The position numbers and the translations under genes were made by a program. From the NCBI GenBank assembly GCA_030167865.1, contig JALAGF010003956.1, positions 1-61,755 on the forward strand: DNA of 61,755 nucleotides, given 5' to 3'. The DNA comes from Craspedostauros australis (taxonomy: Eukaryota). The notes under the pieces are model-generated. The model was given only the letters and a program-made list of their open reading frames with translations, ran no database searches and was not told where the DNA came from. Shown piece by piece: positions 50,201-61,755 of the stretch; position 1 is the first letter of the stretch, and every line of letters starts with the position of its first letter.

Positions 50201-51871
50201 TCTGCCAGCGAGGTGCCGACATTCGATGGACAAACCAGATCTCCGACAAGCCAGCCAAGCTCTCAGCCGAGCAGCGAACCGAGCTCTTCGCCATCAATGG
50301 CTCCAACTGCATCTAGCGAAGCGCCAACGTTCGATGGGCAAACAGTGTCGCCAACGACGAGACCCTCGTCTGTCCCTTCAGTGGTCCCAACAGGAATGCC
50401 GTCTACGTCACCATCCAACGCGCCAACGATGGTACCAACTGGAAGCAGCATGCCCACATTCAACGGACAGACAAGATCGCCAACAGCCATGCCGAGTGCG
50501 GCGCCAAGCACTCAGCCATCAGGTGCACCGTCCAGCCAACCAAGCGTGTCGCCGTCCACCACTCCATCCATCGTTCCGTCTGTGAGCACGGCCCCAACCA
50601 TCACAATCCTCTGCGGCGGCCTCACCTTGCAGCAACGCGAGCAACAGCTTCGGGATATCGTCAACACGATTTCAGACAGCACTGTCGTCGGTGACATCAA
50701 CACGCCGCAGGGAATGGCATTCAACTGGCTTGTGAACGACGATCCCGCCGTCGTGTGTCCGCAAGACGCGATGGATGTTGATCAACGATACATCATGTCC
50801 TTGATGTACTTCAGCACGGGTGGAGAAAACTGGTTGCAATGCTCCGCAACATTGCCATCTCCATGTCCACGGGATCTCATCACGCTCGCCGACCCACGCT
50901 TCTTGGGTGCCGCCAATGTCTGCAACTGGTTCCGAGTCACTTGCGACGGTGCCGACCGCATCGAAGAAATCAACTTGGGTAAGTTTGCCTCGTTGTTCCT
51001 GCGCTGCGCTTTGCTCTCATGAATGTTGCGAATATTGTGAACTATCCATCATTCACATCGTCCGTCACTGGAGCATCAAAGTCACACACAACTAACGCAC
51101 GTCCCCTTGCTTCATTCCGTTCACCCCTCGCTCCCATCACAAACCACAGACGAGAACAACCTAACAGGAAGCCTCCCGACAGAGATCGCGAAGCTGAGAT
51201 TCCTCGAGCAACTAGATGTGGATTCCAACAACATCGGAGGCAGGATCCCGTCGGAAATCGGCACCATGCCGTTCCTCGAGATCTTTGATATCGACGAGAA
51301 CAGGTTCACAGGAGCGATCCCGGAAGAGCTTTACAACAGCCCAGTGTTGCGAAGACTTGACGTCGACAACAACGAACTCACCGGATCAATCTCTCCAAAC
51401 ATTGGGCAGCTGGACCTGATCCTGCTGCAGATGGACGAGAATGGTCTCAGCGGGCCATTGCCATCGGAGCTCAGCTCGTCGCAAGACATTCGAACGCTGA
51501 CTCTGTCGGACAACAATCTGCAAGGTCCCATCCCAGACACATACGCCGAGCTGTTGGATCTGCAGACTTTCCGCATCGACCGCAACCCGCTCATCACAGG
51601 TCCGCTCCCCAGCTTCTTTGGAAACTTCCTGGATCTGCGGGCACTGATTGTGTTCGGCACGGATCTCACCGGAACCATCCCATCGGAACTCGGCCAACTC
51701 TCGCAGCTCACCAGCTTGCTCCTGCAGAGCACCCAGCTGAGAGGTGACATGCCAGATGAGATCTGCGCCTTGGCCCAGGCCCGACGTGCGCAGGGAGTCC
51801 AGTTTGACCTCGTCGTCGACTGCAACCGCGTAAACTGCGATCGTGTCAACTGCTGCTCTCTCTGCGGCTAA
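47289..51871 (+). CDS. Secreted LRR protein with a very long Pro/Thr/Ser stalk built from PTFDGQT repeats
   Basis: Exons 47289..47675, 47843..50978, 51150..51871 (upstream in-frame ATG 46995 possible). Signal peptide MMVTSTLPLLLLASSMMISTADG; cap TPQGMAFNWL..QRYIMSLMYFSTGGENW; about 8-9 LRRs; Cys-rich end DCNRVNCDRVNCCSLCG. Confidence 0.9.
48340..50480 (+). repeat. Coding minisatellite: 117-bp (39-aa) units followed by 108-bp (36-aa) units
   Basis: ATTCGATGGG at 48361, 48478, 48595... (117-bp period); TTCGATGGACAG at 50006 and 50114 (108-bp period). About 22 PTFxG(Q/E)T motifs in the whole protein. Confidence 0.95.
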
Positions 51872-52069
51872 CCTAATAAATGTACATAATATTGAATCGT
51901 TGCATGACTCAAAACGCACCACCCAAAAACGTGAGTTTTCCAATGACTTGAATGGCCAAACGAAAACTTGAATGGCGTTGTTGCGTTGTTGGGCATCACA
52001 GCCATCCTCATAATCATTCTCATAATCATAATCAAACTTGTATACTTACTTACTTGTTGAGGAACGGTC

Positions 52070-55000
52070 ATGGGACGGTACAACAATCGACGGACGCGGG
52101 AGGCCGCCCAGTCCATGCAGAACACACCAGCGAGAGCCAGATTCAGCAAGGGCCCGCCCAGCAAGTCGCGAGGACGCAAAGGTCGTGGGAATAGCAACAG
52201 CAATGGCAGCAAGAGCAATGCTTCCACGGCAAAGACGAGTCGACCCGCGGGTGCTGCACGTGTGATCGAAAAGCTGCAAACCAGAGCGGCCGTGCCGAAG
52301 AAGCCGGTCGCTGCGTCGGCGGCAAGCAAGCTGGATACGATCACGGACAAGGATAAGGCCAAGCTGGATGCCATCACGCTGCCCGACGATGCCTTCCAAA
52401 AGATCATCGAGCTGCTGCAAGCAATGGGAATCATCGAGACACCAAAAGACAGCGAGAGCGAAAGTAGTGAAGACGAGGAAGAAAGTATCGAAGATGACGA
52501 CGAATCGGTTGAGGCGTTGCCGCGAACGGCCGAAACCCGAATGGCCGGATACGTGGAACAGGATGAGGATCCCGATGCTGAAGATGCGGCGCAGGCCGGG
52601 TTTTCCGTGGACGATCACAACAATGACTGGGAGGGCAACGAGGGAAACAACAGGAATGGAAGGAAGCAGCAGCAGTCCAAGGAGGCGGATGAGATCGACG
52701 ACTTCCAGGATGTGGAAGACAACAAGACATTCCTGACGTTGTCGATGCATTACTCATTCTCCAAGCAACAAGCCGCCAAGGCATGCCGCGCCATCCAGGA
52801 GTGGAATGTGATTCCTGGCGAATCGGGCTCAGCGGAGCAGATGGCATCATCCGACCAGCTTCCCACCGCGTTGGATTGGCTGTGCTTGCATCTCGACGAG
52901 AATGAACTGGAGGAGGGCCTCAAGCCACGGCCGAGACAGAAGGTGGCCATTTCCAAATCCGGTATTTTGCTGGCAGGCAGCGGACGCACCAAGGCGATTC
53001 CGCATCCATCCATCTCGGTGGCATCGGAAGATGATTGGATGAGAGACATGAAGCTGCAAGAGCGGGTTCTGCGCTTTCTGCGTTTGGGATTCACGAACGC
53101 GGAGGCAACTCCGGTGTGCTCGCAGCTGATGACCGAGAACAAGGACGATGCCAACAAGCCTCCGCCACCGCTGCTTGAGGATCCTGCGTTGCTGCGACTG
53201 CTCAAACAGTTGGAGATCAGCGTGTGGAAGGACGTGGATGAATCCAAACATCAGCTTGTCAAGGACTACGCCACCGCGATGACGGAAGACAATCGAGTGG
53301 AATCACTTGAGGCGCAAGATATGGAACGTGACGTGCTGAAGGCGGTGTACGACGACCAATTCCAGTTCGTCGCAAACACCTCGTCCGACACCGTCCAAAC
53401 CGACCTCCACGCCTGCTTGGGTCATTACAAGATGAAGGTGGTGCCGAGCGAGGAACTGGAAGCACCAGCACGTTCGGAACATTGCACCCTCTTCGTGTTC
53501 CTGCTGCATGGATATCCGACATACCGGCCACCGCTCATGCTGTTTCAGAACCACACCCTCCCACCGACGTTGCTGCGCACGCTCAACACGCGTCTCATGC
53601 ACGAGGCAAACGAACTCGGATCAGACGTGCCGATCGTGTACGAGATGGTGCAATTCCTCAACGAGAACCTGCACGAATTGCAGCAAGACTTCATCAAGGA
53701 GCAGCGTGCCAAGGAATTCGAGGCCATGCAGCTCAAGCTGCGCGAGGATGCGGACAGGAATCTGCTGAATAACACCATCGACGCGCAGTACAAGCAAGAT
53801 GGCCAGCTTGGTCGACGTCAACGACAACGGCTCAAGGCGGCGGAGAAGGCGTACGATCGCGGAGATCAGCAGGCAAAGGAAAATGCGGAATACCGCCAAC
53901 GCCAGGCCGAGCGCATCGCGCAGGTGAAGCAGCAGCACAAGACCGTGCGGCACGACATGGCATCGAAGGCCATTGCGAAGCGCCAGCTGGAGCAGATCGA
54001 AGAAGAAGCCGTGCGGGCATCCCGTCAGGCGATGAATCAAGCCTTCCTGCGTGGTGAATCTCGCGACGAAGCTAGAAAGGCTGCGGACGCGGCTCGTCGT
54101 GAAGTGATGATATCGCACGGAATGGTGCCAGACGATCCAGAAGAGGAAGAGGAGAGAGAAACAGAAAAGAAACAAGAAGGGAAGAAACAGGAGGATGAAG
54201 CTGAAGAAGCCAATACCAAAGGCAACAACGGCCACGATGAAGCAGCTAGCTCCGACACCACAGCAGTTCCCACGAGCAAAACAGCAGAGTACATGGACAA
54301 ATTCCAAAAGATTCAGGAACCCGAAGAGGATGACGAGCAAAAGCAGCCAGCGACGTCCCAAACTGCAGCATTCATGGAACGGTTGCGCCAGATGTACGAC
54401 GATGCCGCGAAGACGAAGACAGCCAAGTTGGAGACAGGAGGCGAGGGCACAGAAGAAGGCGATGCTGATGATGATGATGGTGACGATAATGGCAGCGGCA
54501 ACAACAATGGCAACAACAAAAATGGCAATGGTGCTAACGGCCATGGCCATCGAACGAATTCGAGCGGCGGCCGCTCGCAAACGAAGAAGAATGCAACGAC
54601 GACCAAAGAATACCTGGATACCTACCATTTGGAGGAGCCAACAGGCATGGAGTCGGGCTCCGATGACGACTCCAACCGTGACACGGATGAAGCCAAGCAC
54701 CTTCCACGACCCGTGGCCGTACCAACGGGCGAACTCGCGGACATGATGCAAGATGTAATAGAAAAGCAAAAGGATCAACCGTGGCTCGTGCCTTCGGAGG
54801 CCAGAACGCCAGTCGTTGCCACCATGAGCAAGCCAGCGGGACTCACCTCGGAACAGGAGAAGCGGCAACTCAAGATTAGCAAGGCGTTGAAGCAGGAGCT
54901 GAGTAGAAAACGGAAGGAGGCAAATGATTACGGATCCTCGCAGCAGGCGAACGGCAATCCATCCAAACGGCGCAACCAATCCAAATCGTCGTCGAAGTCG

Positions 55001-58000
55001 AAGGTGACGTACACGCCGCAAAAGTTCCACCAGATGCTGACGGTCCGCGAACGCCTTCCTGCTTGCAAGATGGAGGATGTGATCGTCCAAACAATTCGGT
55101 CGCATCAGATCACGGTGATCGCCGGTGACACCGGTTGCGGCAAGACGACCCAGGTCCCGCAGCTGGTGCTGGATGACCTCATCATGAGTGGAAGAGGAGC
55201 CGAGGTGAACATCATCGTGACGCAACCACGTCGAATCAGTGCCATCGGTGTGTCGGAACGTATCGCGGCCGAACGATGCGAGCGCGTTGGCGAGACGTGC
55301 GGATATTCAATCAAATTGGAAAGGAAGATCAGCGCGAAGACCCGCCTCATGCTGTGCACCACAGGTATCCTCCTGCGACGGCTGCAGTGCGATCCGGACC
55401 TCGCCTCCGTTTCTCACGTCTTCGTGGATGAAGTGCACGAACGGGACCTCAACACAGACTTTCTGCTCATCATCCTCAAGCAGCTTTTGGCGCGTCGCAA
55501 GAACTTGAAGCTGATCTTGATGAGCGCCACGTTGAATTCGGATGCCTTCTCTAGCTACTTCACAGAATGCCCCGTGGTTTCCATCCCAGGCCGAGCGCAT
55601 CCTGTCACTGAATTCCGTCTCGAGGATGTGCTGGACGTCACCGGTCACGAGATCAAGGAAAATTCCGAGTTCACACTGAAGAAGAATGGCAACAAATCCC
55701 AAAGGTTCTCCAAATCGATGATCCGGAAGATGTACAACTCGAAGGGGTACAAGAAAGAGACTATCCACTCGCTTTCCATTGTTGACGAAAGTGTCATCAA
55801 CTACGGGCTCGTGTCAGATCTGTTGGAGCATATCTGTGTCAACCAGGATGCCGGCGCCATTCTCGTCTTCATGCCAGGAATGATGGAAATCCAAAAGACG
55901 ATCGAGGAAATGTACAAGAAGGAATTGTTCCAGTCCTCGAAGGTGCTGATTTACCCGCTTCATTCTTCGCTGTCTACCGAAGAACAAACAGCCATCTTTC
56001 AGGTTCCACCCGAAGGCGTGCGGAAGATCGTCGTCTCCACCAACATCGCTGGTACGTTTGATTTGGAGACACGCGCACTCGAACTCACACCCACACTCAC
56101 GACCGACGTAGTGGTCAACACAATTGCGTCGTGTACCGCACAACAGGATGGCCATACTACTCGTGGCACGCATGCACTACGACCCTACCACCTTATTTCG
56201 ATACCTGTCACACTCACCTTGTCTATCTTTCGTTCCATTTTCATTCGTTGCGTGCCTGTTCCTTCGTTCACTATGCGTCTACTCGTATGCCACAGAAACA
56301 TCGATCACAATCGAGGGTAAGTTCACGGATGCAGTGCTGTTGTCTTTGCAAATATTGCGTGTACGTGGTGTGCAGCACCAGACATATGCACGAGAACAGG
56401 TGCGACGGTTTGTGACTGGTCTTGCACATTGCTCCACGATCCACCTTCACTCACCACCGCTTCTCTCTCTCTCTCTCTCTCTTTGCCTGGGCGTATGGGA
56501 AAACATCGTGGCCAAAATCATGCTATACTCGTACTTTGCCAACACTGTTCAAATCGCAGACGTTGTCTACGTCGTGGATTCCGGTCGACACAAGGAGAAT
56601 CGGAAGGATGAAATCAACGAAACGCCGACTCTCGTGGAATGCTGGGTGAGCCGGGCATCTGCCAAACAGCGCCGTGGACGAGCTGGGCGTGTTCGGCCTG
56701 GCATTGCATATCACATGTACTCCACGCACATGCACGACACCGATCTGCAACCGTACCAACTGCCAGAGATGCTCCGTGTGGGTATTGAAGACTTGGTGCT
56801 CCAGATCCTGATCTTGGATTTGGGAGAACCGACGTCCTTCCTGTCGAAAGCGTTGAACCCGCCATCGGACTTGGCCATGTCGAACAGTCTGAATATTCTG
56901 GAGACGCTTGGTGCCATCGAATGCAACTGGGACGATAAAAAGAAGCTGGCGAATGGCATCGCGACGTTCGGTGACGCGGCGCAAAGTAGCAAGAATGCAG
57001 CCAAAAGCAATGGGGATGCGAAGCAGACTTGCGGAGATCTGACAGTGTCGAGCGAATTGACGGCACTTGGGTTTCATCTTGCCACGTTGCCCACGGATCC
57101 TCGCATTGGCAAGATGATGATCTACGCGTGCATGTTCGGTTGCGTAGAACCAATCCTGACCATCGCCGCTGCCATGTCGTCGCCCAAGAGCGCCTTCGTG
57201 TCGCCGATGGATCAACGCGAGCAGGCCAACGAAGCGCGGCAGCAGTTCGCAACGGACGGCAGCGACCATCTGACAGTCCTCGCGGCGTTCAACGAGTGGA
57301 GGGAGAAGCGCAAATGCAAGACTCCGCGCGGTGCCATGACTGCATGGTGCAAGGAGAACTTCCTGAGCGGATTGACGCTGTATCAGATGGAGGAGATGCG
57401 TCAGCAATACTCGCGACTGCTGGTGCAGATCGGCTTCCTGTCGAAGGGCTTTCGGTTGGATTCTTTGACGGGTGGAAAGCATCATCAGAAGCAGTACGAG
57501 GTGAATCAAGCCAGGCCGGAGAATGCCAACTCCACCAACTTCGCTCTGATCAAGGCGGTGGTCTGCGCCGGACTGTACCCAAACATCTGCGTGATCCCCC
57601 GATCGCTGGTGGGCACATCGTCCGGCCCGCCGCGCAAGGCACCACGATCGTCCGCCATGAACGGCAGCACAATCGGCGAGAACGCGCTGGAATCTGCCAA
57701 GGGTCCCGTCTACCTGCATCCCTCCACCGTCTCCTTCAAGGCGAGCTCTGTGGACTCGCGCTACGCCTGCTTCCACCAGCTGATGAAAACGTCCAAGACG
57801 TACGTGCGCGATTTCACGACCATCTCCCCGCTGTCGCTCGTCGTGTTCGGCGGTGCGTCGCGCAGCGGCACAACCCAAGTCGGCCTGCGCATCAACCAAA
57901 TGAAGGGCGTCTGCAGCATCGACGGACGGTACTACTTCCGCCTCGATGCCAAACCCGCCACGTGCATCAAGCATCTGCGATCGCAAATGGAGCACGTGCT

Positions 58001-58376
58001 GTTGCAGAAGATTATCGCGCCGCATGCGGACGATGATGATGAGCACCAAGGATCGTTGGTGGCCTTGATCAGTCTGTTGTTCGAACGCGAAGTGCAGGCG
58101 CGGCACCAGAAACAGGAAGAAGAGGAACGGCAGGCCGAAAGCGATGGCAATGCCGTGCGGCCCTTTCAATGGGACGATGAAGGCGATGACGGGCCCGGCG
58201 GTCGTGGGCGTGGTCGTGGTCGAGGACGTGGACGTGGTGGAGGACGTGGTGGTGGACGTGGACGCAGTGGTGGGCGCGGAAGAGGTGGAGGTCGTGGAAG
58301 AGGCGGTAGAGGAGGAGGCCGTGGTGGTGGAAGAGGTGGTGGACGAGGGGGTCGTGGTGGTAGACGTGATCGTTGA
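52070..58376 (+). CDS. DEAH/RHA RNA helicase, DHX57/DHX29/DHX36 group (DHX57-like: UBA-like, RWD, helicase, HA2, OB, RGG tail)
   Basis: Exons 52070..56051, 56296..56316, 56560..58376. GDTGCGKTTQ, TQPRRISA, DEVHER, MSAT, PLHSSL, STNIAETSITIEDVVYVVDSG (assembled across the micro-exon), QRRGRAGR; LDWLCLHL; RWD-like ERDVLKAVY..GYPTYRPP. Confidence 0.93.
58197..58365 (+). repeat. Gly/Arg (RG/RGG) low-complexity tail of the helicase
   Basis: GGRGRGRGRGRGRGGGRGGG... of about 55 aa. Confidence 0.9.
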
Positions 58377-59236
58377 GCCTGTGAGAGCTTGAAGACGGGT
58401 GTGGTATCGTACGTCCCAGACGCATGAGCACAAACACGGGTAGATCCACCAACAAGTCCAGCTCCGCTTGTCACAGATGTTGATTTTGTGAGCGTTAATT
58501 GGCGGTTACGCTGTTTGAGTTGATCGAATCGATCAAGAACTGAGAGGCAACAGTGACTCAACTAGATTGAGTCTTGGAAGCAGAATCCCAACGATTGTTC
58601 TGTTTCGTCGTGTCACGCGATGGATCATGGCATTCTCGTGTGTTCTCTTTCGTTGTTTGTCGTGTTGGCGGTAACGTTGTGATTCTTGCCGTTTGTGTCG
58701 TTGTTTGTCGCTGGTTGTCGCTGTTTGTTGTCGTTGATGGCGATCACGATCATTCAAACACAGGACATCCAGGAATGGAAACAGAAGCACAAAGACAAAG
58801 AGAGAGATCGCAACCGTCGCTTGGAGAGGGAGACGATACCTGCACAAGAGACTGTGAAGCAGAGTGAATGCTTTCGAGGCCTTGGAGCTGATCATCAAAG
58901 TCTGCTTTAGCAACGGAGACCTGGTTGCTGTGTGACAACGATTGCAAGAGAGTAATAGGAGTAGAATACTGGGAGTACGAGTAGTAGTAAGATTCGCGCC
59001 ATTGTGCACATCCATCGTTTTGAGAATTAGTGGTGCAGTTGAGCGAGAGTGAGGACAAGGCAAGGCTGCTCTGGAGTGGAGAGGCAACAAGCACGAGACG
59101 AAGTGGAGACACGCTGCTTCTCTATCAGCACTACGAGCTATTGCTCCATCCAGTACGCTGCCATATATAGTAGTGTGTATTGGTGCGAGTCCATCCTAGT
59201 CCATCCCAGCGCGAGTGTAAGTGCGAGCAAAGGAGG

Positions 59237-60976
59237 ATGAGTTCAGACGAAAACGAATTCGCGGATGCTCTGCCGCACCAATCGTCGGCCATGTTTGAGA
59301 TAGCCGATGAAGAGGTCAGCAGTGGCGACCACAACACCAGCAAAAGCAGCAGCAACGGCGATGAGACCACGAGCAGACCAGCGGCGCCGTCGGCTCTGGG
59401 CAGCAGCGCCAGCAACAACCACTTTCCGGACATCCCCACGGCCGCTGCGCAGACACCGCAATCCACGCCCAGCTCGCTGCTGACCTGCAGCTTCAACCAG
59501 GACGGCGGATGCTTGGCGATTGGCACAACATCGGGCTTCTCCGTGCACAACATCCACCCCAGCTACTCCTTGAGCGTGGAACGCGAACTGCGCGGCGGCA
59601 TCGGCCTCGTCGAGATGCTGTTCCGCTGCAACCTCATGGCCCTGGTCGGCGGCGGCCCCACCCCGCACGGCGCGCCGCACCGCGTCCTCATCTGGGACGA
59701 CCATCTGCCCAAGGAGATTGGCGAGCTCAGCTTCCGCCAGACCGTCCTGCAGGTCAAGCTGCGCAAGGACGCCATCGCCGTGGCCCTGCAGGACCGCGTC
59801 TACATTTACAATCTGGCCGATCTCTCCTTGCGCGATAAGATCTACACGTCCGAGAATCCGCACGGGTTGCTGGCCGTCAGCACGCAGGTGCAGGAGATGG
59901 TGCTGGCGTGTCCCTCCGTCACGACGGGGCATGTGCGCGTCGAATTATACGGATTGCGCAAGACGGTGGTGAGTGGCGCTCCGGAGTGCACAGAGTGCTC
60001 AGTTGTACCATGATGACATGGTTGTGGTTGTGGTTGTGCTGGGTGTTCGTTGGCAAGCAAGATTCTAACGCTGCCCATCCATCTTCTTTCATCAATATTT
60101 TCATGATGTTCACATCGACGTTGGCTGGACTTTCAGCTCATCGAGGCCCACGATGGAGAATTGCGTCAGCTTGCACTGACGGCGGATGGAACTCGGTTGG
60201 TGACAGCCAGCACCAAAGGAACAGTGCTGCGGGTGTGGGACACCAGCACGGCGCAGTGCATCCAAGAATTCAGGCGCGGCGTGGAACGTGCCACGATCAC
60301 CTGCCTGTGCTGGAGCTGGAACAAGGAGTGGCTGGCATGCACATCGGACAAGGGCACGTCGCACATATTCCATGTCGGCCAACCCGCATCGTCGAACAGC
60401 ACAAATGGAAAGAGCGGCAGCAACAGCAACAACGTCATCTCCTCGTCGTCATCCTCCAAATCGAAATCATTGAGCGGTCTCTTCTCATCAACCTTCCTGG
60501 GAACATCCGTGCGAGGCGGCAACGAACAAAAGAAATCCGTCTGCCAAATCCGCGGTGTCCCGCACCCTCTCGCATGCTCCTTCGTTGCCGATTCCCAAAA
60601 TCTCCTGGCCGTGGCAGGTTGGGACGCGGACGGCAACGGCGTCCTCCTCCTCAGCGAATACGCAGCACATCAGGAACCTAGACGCGTCGCCTACCACGTC
60701 CTGATGAAGAGCCCGCACGCCATGGACGATGCGCCGTCGCTGCTCGAAGCCGAAGAAGCCAAGCGACGTCGACGTGCGCGCGGCTGGAAACCATCGATAC
60801 CCACCGTCACGGGCACGGGGCCCAAGGTCGTCGTCGCGGATCGCCGCGGCGACGCAGATGAGGATCTCGGGATTACCTTCGTGGAAGAAGGCACGAACGA
60901 AGAAGAGGACGCCTTTGTATCGATCGTCACGAGTCATCGGCAACCAGATATCTCTACCGAGCCCATTGGGGAGTAG
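59237..60976 (+). CDS. ATG18: ATG18/WIPI-family PROPPIN (WD40 phosphoinositide-binding autophagy protein)
   Basis: Exons 59237..59968 and 60137..60976 (RKTV|LIEAHDG). FNQDGGCLAIGT, VEMLFRCNLMALVGGG, LIWDD, TASTKGTVLRVWD, EFRRG, SDKGTSHIF. Confidence 0.93.
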
Positions 60977-61208
60977 CAAGACGTAATAATCTATGGACTT
61001 GCAGTATTATTTCAAACTCTACCTGCGGGAAAAGGCATGGAATCGAAGGGAAATTGATAGATTATGAGCTTGTGGCACGAGCTCTGTGCCTCTGACATGG
61101 TCTCTACTGCGCTGCGTACGATTCAGCTGCTGGTGCCCTGTCTAACGCTCAAATAACGGAAATATTGCTGTCGTCTCTTTGATTTAGCGATGTGCAGATT
61201 TAGTGCCA

Positions 61209-61270
61209 ATTCCTGAATCTAGCCGAATCTTTGCAGACTGAGCGTCAGATTCCTGAATCTGACCGAATCC
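61209..61270. promoter_or_regulatory. Cluster of GAATC(T) boxes: 22-bp imperfect direct repeat plus palindrome CAGATTC-CT-GAATCTG; candidate GARP/Myb-like factor sites
   Basis: ATTCCTGAATCTAGCCGAATCT (61209) and ATTCCTGAATCTGACCGAATCC (61249). The repeat is certain; the regulatory role is inferred. Confidence 0.35.
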
Positions 61271-61755
61271 GAACGAGGAGTGTCGATGAACATGCAGTAC
61301 CGCACAAAGCGCGAGTGGTAGGATCCTCGCTGAGCAAATGACCGGGAGTCATCGTAAACGTTACAAAATAAAACGTTTTGTATTTAGGTCACGAATTATC
61401 AACGTTTCGTTACAGTCGAGTAAATCGACAACGGCAATCCGTTTGGTGGTTGGATGGTGACTGTGGCAATTCAGGTTTGTTGTGTTCGTTCCTGTTGCTA
61501 CTATCGGTGTTGGCTTATTCTAGTAGCGCACTGACTTGGTTCTGTTTGTTTGTGGGTGTTGTTGTTTATGTGTGTGTGTGTGTGTGTTTTGGTTGGTGCT
61601 CATTTGTTGCCCATTGTGCGCTTTTCACTGCCTGATGTGTTGTTGAGCGAGCATCCTCTTGTAACATGAAATTGGTTGGGGCTCATGTATGCACTGTTGA
61701 TGCAAGTCCATCCTCAGAGACAGCAGCTGAATGACCTCCTGTTGTGACAGAGATT

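Noticed and set aside
36594..50724. Gly/Asp/Val-rich antisense ORFs (36594..37751, 47656..48810) and Arg/Gln/His-rich alternative frames (48321..49457, 49467..50585)
   Set aside because: Alternative readings of the Pro/Ser/Thr repeat stalks.
53621..58433. Antisense ORFs 53621..55225 and 56523..58433
   Set aside because: Shadows of the helicase CDS.

Overview
Gene-dense eukaryotic genomic window with GT-AG introns, most consistent with a diatom or other stramenopile (inferred from the gene families, not proven). About 16 protein-coding genes. From left to right: a membrane-anchored tandem phosphate-binding (PstS-like) protein truncated at the window edge, an ICE2/NARG2-like protein, a single-exon myosin, a short hypothetical protein, an SPX-MFS transporter, a 10-repeat ankyrin protein inside a CpG-decayed island with pseudogene remnants, a DUF2306 membrane protein, a possible RNI-like LRR protein, a 3-exon PPR protein, a secreted 3xFAS1 fasciclin, a secreted Pro/Ser/Thr-stalk LRR protein, an MCTP-like C2 protein, RPL17, a second paralogous LRR protein with about 22 PTFDGQT repeats, a DHX57-like DEAH helicase with a 21-nt micro-exon, and an ATG18/WIPI protein. 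No rRNA, tRNA, CRISPR array or intact transposase was recognised. Exon boundaries were read by eye and protein families were assigned from remembered motifs, with no database search. The most notable items are the ankyrin/CpG-decay island, the ICE2-like gene, the SPX domain lacking its lysine cluster, the PTFDGQT repeat array and the A/C-rich intron acceptor tracts.
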